From positions 1,342 through 65,341 of the forward strand of contig CAUWJG010000008.1 in assembly GCA_963559095.1 (NCBI GenBank): a stretch of 64,000 nucleotides of DNA, given 5' to 3'. Of the stretch, positions 60,804-64,000 are shown in pieces. This DNA is from an uncultured Collinsella sp. (GTDB taxonomy: Bacteria > Actinomycetota > Coriobacteriia > Coriobacteriales > Coriobacteriaceae). Every line of letters begins with the position of its first letter. Positions within the stretch are counted from its first letter, which is position 1. The translations under genes were made by a program, and so were the position numbers. The notes beneath the pieces are model-generated. The model saw only the letters and a list, made by a program, of their open reading frames with translations. It was not told the origin of the DNA and made no database searches.

Positions 60804-61287
60804 GCGCGCGTGCGCTCGGGATTCGGCTCAGGCGACTATAGAGGCGGCGGTGTTGTTGCCGAGCTTTCTCATATTGATGCTCGTGCTGTTGCAACCGGTG
60901 TGCGTGCTGTACACACGTGCCGTTATGGAGTCGGCCGCTGCCCAGACGGCACGGTTGATGGTGACGGCGGAGGCTGTGGGAAAGCAGCGTGATGAGGAGG
61001 CGTATCGGGCGTTTGCGCTGCGGAGACTTGCCGCCGTGCCAGATGTGTCCATATTTCACGTGGGAGGCCCGTACGCCTGGGAGATCGCGTACGAGGATGC
61101 GGCCTCGACGGGAGGTGAGGTGCGTGTTGCGATTGAGGGGGCGCTGCGCCCGCTGCCCATACTTGGGATCTTTGCCCGAGGCATGGGGGAGGTCAATGGG
61201 TCGGGGGATGTCGTGGTGCGGGTTGAGGTTTCGTATGAGGGGCGTCCTGGTTGGCTGAGTGGGGGAAACGCTGATGAGGGGTCATAG
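60769..61287 (+). CDS. TadE-like pseudopilin
   Basis: AQATIEAAVLLP, AA..ARL; start approximate. Confidence 0.7.
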   Translation: MRTERWTSPYIERACARDSAQATIEAAVLLPSFLILMLVLLQPVCVLYTRAVMESAAAQTARLMVTAEAVGKQRDEEAYRAFALRRLAAVPDVSIFHVGGPYAWEIAYEDAASTGGEVRVAIEGALRPLPILGIFARGMGEVNGSGDVVVRVEVSYEGRPGWLSGGNADEGS

Positions 61288-63334
61288 CAGGTGGCGCGCC
61301 CGAGGCGCGGGTGTAAGCCTTTTTGTCGAGGACGGCGCATATACCACCATTGCGGCGGCGGTTGCCATGTTGATGGTGCTTGCGCTGTTGTTCTCGGCAT
61401 CGCTTGCGGTATGGAGCTCGTCTCGTGCGAGTGATGTACAAGTGAGCGCGGATACGACGGCGCTGGCAGGCGCGAATGTGGTGGCGTCATATTACACGGT
61501 GGCGACGGTGCTCGATTCGTGCGTTCTGAGTATGGGGCTCGCCGGTTTCACGATGACGGGTGCGGGACTGGTCGGCCTGCTGGTGCCAGGGGCGAACGCT
61601 GCGGCGGGCAAAACGCTCGAGGCTGGCGTGCGCATGCTGAATGCGCGCAATTCGTTTGCCGAATCGGCGTCACGGGGGTTGGAGAAATTAGAGGGCTCGC
61701 TGCCGTATTTGGTGGCGGCGAACGGAACGCGCACCTGCGCAGCGCAGCATACCGAGCTCATGGCGTACACAGGAACCGCATTGGCGCTGCCGCGCGAGAG
61801 CGCTTCGTCGTTTCCCGCCATCGAGGGGCCGGCAGTGGATACAGACGCTTTAGAGCAGGCGGGTGATGAGCTGGATGAGGTCGCCCACAAGTTGTCGGAG
61901 GCAGCTGAGGACACGGCTGATGCAAAGGAACGAGCTTGGCGTGCCGATTGCGGGCGCGATGGGATGAATATGCAGGAACGCGCGGCTGCGCTCTCAGGCA
62001 TTTCCGAGTTGGAGAATCCGGATTTCGCTTCGAGTCTGACGTGGGATCCGCGTGTGGGGCTCGAGCGGGCGCGCGCGTATTATCGTTGGCGATTTGAACA
62101 CGACGAGCCGAGCGGGCAAGGGGTCGAGGCGCGTGCTGATGCGGCGGCGCGCCATGTGTTTTACGAGTATGCGCTCGAGCAGCTTGAGGGGATGGATGTC
62201 TCCGAGCGCGATGGACAGGTGACGGCAACGATTGAGTTGATGCCCAAGAATACCGAGGAAGTGCGTGCAACCGCGCTCTATACGGATGCGATATGGCCAA
62301 CAAGCGTTGAGGATGCAGGTGTAACGTTGCATTTTTCGGCTGATTGTCCCGGGGCCCTGGGGGCGGTTGGTCCCATGAGCGCGGTGCGCGACATTGAGAC
62401 GGGAGCCGTGCGCGAATGCGAGACATGTCGGTTTGGCGTCGGTGATATTGGCAAGGCGCCCGCCGCCTCGACCTTGATTGACAACGGATTTGAGTATCAC
62501 TTGCGCGAATACATGCTGGCCCTCAAAGACTATGCGGCGTGTCGCAATCGCGAGCTTGAGCTTGAACGTACGGCTCGCGGCGAGGCGGATGATGCCGGCA
62601 ACGCCTTTGAGGACGCCATTGCAGGTTTGGCAAGCGGGCGGCCGCGTATCGCTCCTCCTGGAAGGGACGGGTGCATTGCCCTCGTAGTGCAGGATGCGAT
62701 GGATGCCCCTGATGGGCTTACGAGTTCATTCGCCGCCGATCAGGGCGTTGAGCCGCGCGCCGCCATCGCGGCGGCAACGCTCAAGCTCGATCCAGCCACA
62801 CGTGAGAACAACGTGCTTTCTCGTTTTTTCTCTGGCTTAGAGGAACGCGTGGGTGCCGATGGACCTGCCGGTCTTGTGGATGGGGTGATGGATTTGTGGG
62901 GTGATTTGCTCATTTCGTACGGGGATATATCCAATGCGTTGGGTGCTGTGACAGATGATTTGCTAAGTGGTTTGGAGGATTTGGGCGCCGGTCCTGTGGC
63001 ACGTTGGCTGGGCGATCGGATTGCGGGCATTGTGGGCGCCTTGGGGCTCGATCCAGTTGATTTGAGCTTGCGAAAGCCCGTGCTTGCAGACAGCGCTCGG
63101 GTGCTCGAGGATGCGGGCGCAACGGGTGTGGTAGACGTGCAGGAGATGCTCCGCTCCATCCCGGTGGGATCTCTCGATGCCGATGCGATTTTGCGTGCGA
63201 TTGGCTACGAGGTCGGTACGTATATTGAATCGCTGGAGTTTACCGTCGCCGAGATTCCCCTGCCGAACGGCGGCTCGATTCCCATAACGGTGCGATTGCG
63301 TGATGTGATTGGCCCGATTGGAGATGCGGCCTGA
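61274..63334 (+). CDS. Large TadG-like pilus-associated protein
   Basis: EDGAYTT plus hydrophobic helix, Q..AD..ALAGA motif; within the tad cluster. Confidence 0.6.
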   Translation: MRGHSRWRARGAGVSLFVEDGAYTTIAAAVAMLMVLALLFSASLAVWSSSRASDVQVSADTTALAGANVVASYYTVATVLDSCVLSMGLAGFTMTGAGLVGLLVPGANAAAGKTLEAGVRMLNARNSFAESASRGLEKLEGSLPYLVAANGTRTCAAQHTELMAYTGTALALPRESASSFPAIEGPAVDTDALEQAGDELDEVAHKLSEAAEDTADAKERAWRADCGRDGMNMQERAAALSGISELENPDFASSLTWDPRVGLERARAYYRWRFEHDEPSGQGVEARADAAARHVFYEYALEQLEGMDVSERDGQVTATIELMPKNTEEVRATALYTDAIWPTSVEDAGVTLHFSADCPGALGAVGPMSAVRDIETGAVRECETCRFGVGDIGKAPAASTLIDNGFEYHLREYMLALKDYAACRNRELELERTARGEADDAGNAFEDAIAGLASGRPRIAPPGRDGCIALVVQDAMDAPDGLTSSFAADQGVEPRAAIAAATLKLDPATRENNVLSRFFSGLEERVGADGPAGLVDGVMDLWGDLLISYGDISNALGAVTDDLLSGLEDLGAGPVARWLGDRIAGIVGALGLDPVDLSLRKPVLADSARVLEDAGATGVVDVQEMLRSIPVGSLDADAILRAIGYEVGTYIESLEFTVAEIPLPNGGSIPITVRLRDVIGPIGDAA

Positions 63335-63828
63335 TGACAGTGTGGTTCGGGCGGCGTTTGCCGCGCGCTTCGGTTGCTGAGGAGGGCGCACAGGCAACGG
63401 TCGAAATGGCGGTGGTTGTTCCAATTGTGCTTGTGCTGGGGCTGATCGTGTACAACCTCATGGTGTTCATGGCGGCAACGGCGCGGTTTGATCGTGTGGC
63501 GCCCGATATCGTGCTGGCGCACGGCGTTGCTCCTGTTTCGGACGGCTCGGCTGCCACTGACGGAACGGATGCGATTACGGCACAGTTGGAGCAAGCGATG
63601 GGAGGCTATGACGTTGCCGTCGAGGTGCAGTGCGAATGGGAGGGAGGGAAAGAAGACGGCTCGCTGCTCGACTTGGCGGCTCCTTTGCGGACGTATCGGT
63701 GCACGATGCATTATCGACCTTGGCCAAGTGGCCTATCAATCGCCGGGGTGTCGATGGGGGCTCCGGCCGAATTGGAGCATGAGCGGACTGTGACGGTTGA
63801 TCCGTGGAAATCGGGGGTGGTCATATGA
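63334..63828 (+). CDS. TadE-like pseudopilin
   Basis: GAQATVEMAVVVP plus hydrophobic helix. Confidence 0.72.
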   Translation: MTVWFGRRLPRASVAEEGAQATVEMAVVVPIVLVLGLIVYNLMVFMAATARFDRVAPDIVLAHGVAPVSDGSAATDGTDAITAQLEQAMGGYDVAVEVQCEWEGGKEDGSLLDLAAPLRTYRCTMHYRPWPSGLSIAGVSMGAPAELEHERTVTVDPWKSGVVI

Positions 63829-64000
63829 GCAAGATGGGTGCGCGAAAGGGCGGCGGGCCGGGTGAGGCACATGAGCTTGAGGGGGCAGTCAATCACGCGC
63901 TGGACGTTTTGGGCTGGGGCGGAGAAGCGGTTTGGGCTCTATCGTTTTGGCAACGGTTTTTGGGGATGCTCGCGGTGAGTCCCGTTGATGCGCAGGGCAA
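63825..64000 (+). CDS. Partial CDS, possibly DUF192 family (runs off the window)
   Basis: ATGA overlap with the previous stop; open to the window end; SFWQRFLGML resembles a DUF192 N-terminus. Confidence 0.45.
   Translation, partial: MSKMGARKGGGPGEAHELEGAVNHALDVLGWGGEAVWALSFWQRFLGMLAVSPVDAQG

Overview
High-GC (visually about 60-65%) chromosomal window. Gene content and synteny point to a Coriobacteriia gut bacterium, probably Collinsella-like (inference; no marker gene is present). Left to right it contains: a beta-glucoside PTS/GH1 operon with an embedded metallo-beta-lactamase-fold hydrolase; a large LPXTG-anchored GH101 endo-alpha-N-acetylgalactosaminidase; housekeeping genes (5'-nucleotidase family, HAD, GluQRS, ferritin); tRNA-Ser(GCT) followed by a 185-bp tRNA-linked tandem repeat; an unexplained six-gene minus-strand cassette (apparently inactive N6-MTase/TRD fusion, two membrane proteins, a VirD4-like fragment, a soluble VirD4-type ATPase, ClpP); an agmatine deiminase locus flanked by two membrane-bound LuxR regulators plus a MATE transporter and an amidohydrolase; an AAA-DUF4143 gene behind a triplicated 23-bp motif; a 12-kb putative riboside-catabolism locus (LacI-ribokinase fusion, ECF transporter, TrpF-fold protein lacking the catalytic Cys, two PfkB kinases, nucleoside hydrolase, HAD, Fe-ADH, MFS); a P-type ATPase with a structured leader; rsgA; and a Tad/Flp pilus cluster running off the end. 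No CRISPR array, rRNA, transposase or integrase was recognised. The best candidates for an undescribed system are the 18.5-24.9 kb cassette and the 37.2-49.6 kb TrpF-like riboside locus. All calls come from reading motifs by eye; no database searches were run.
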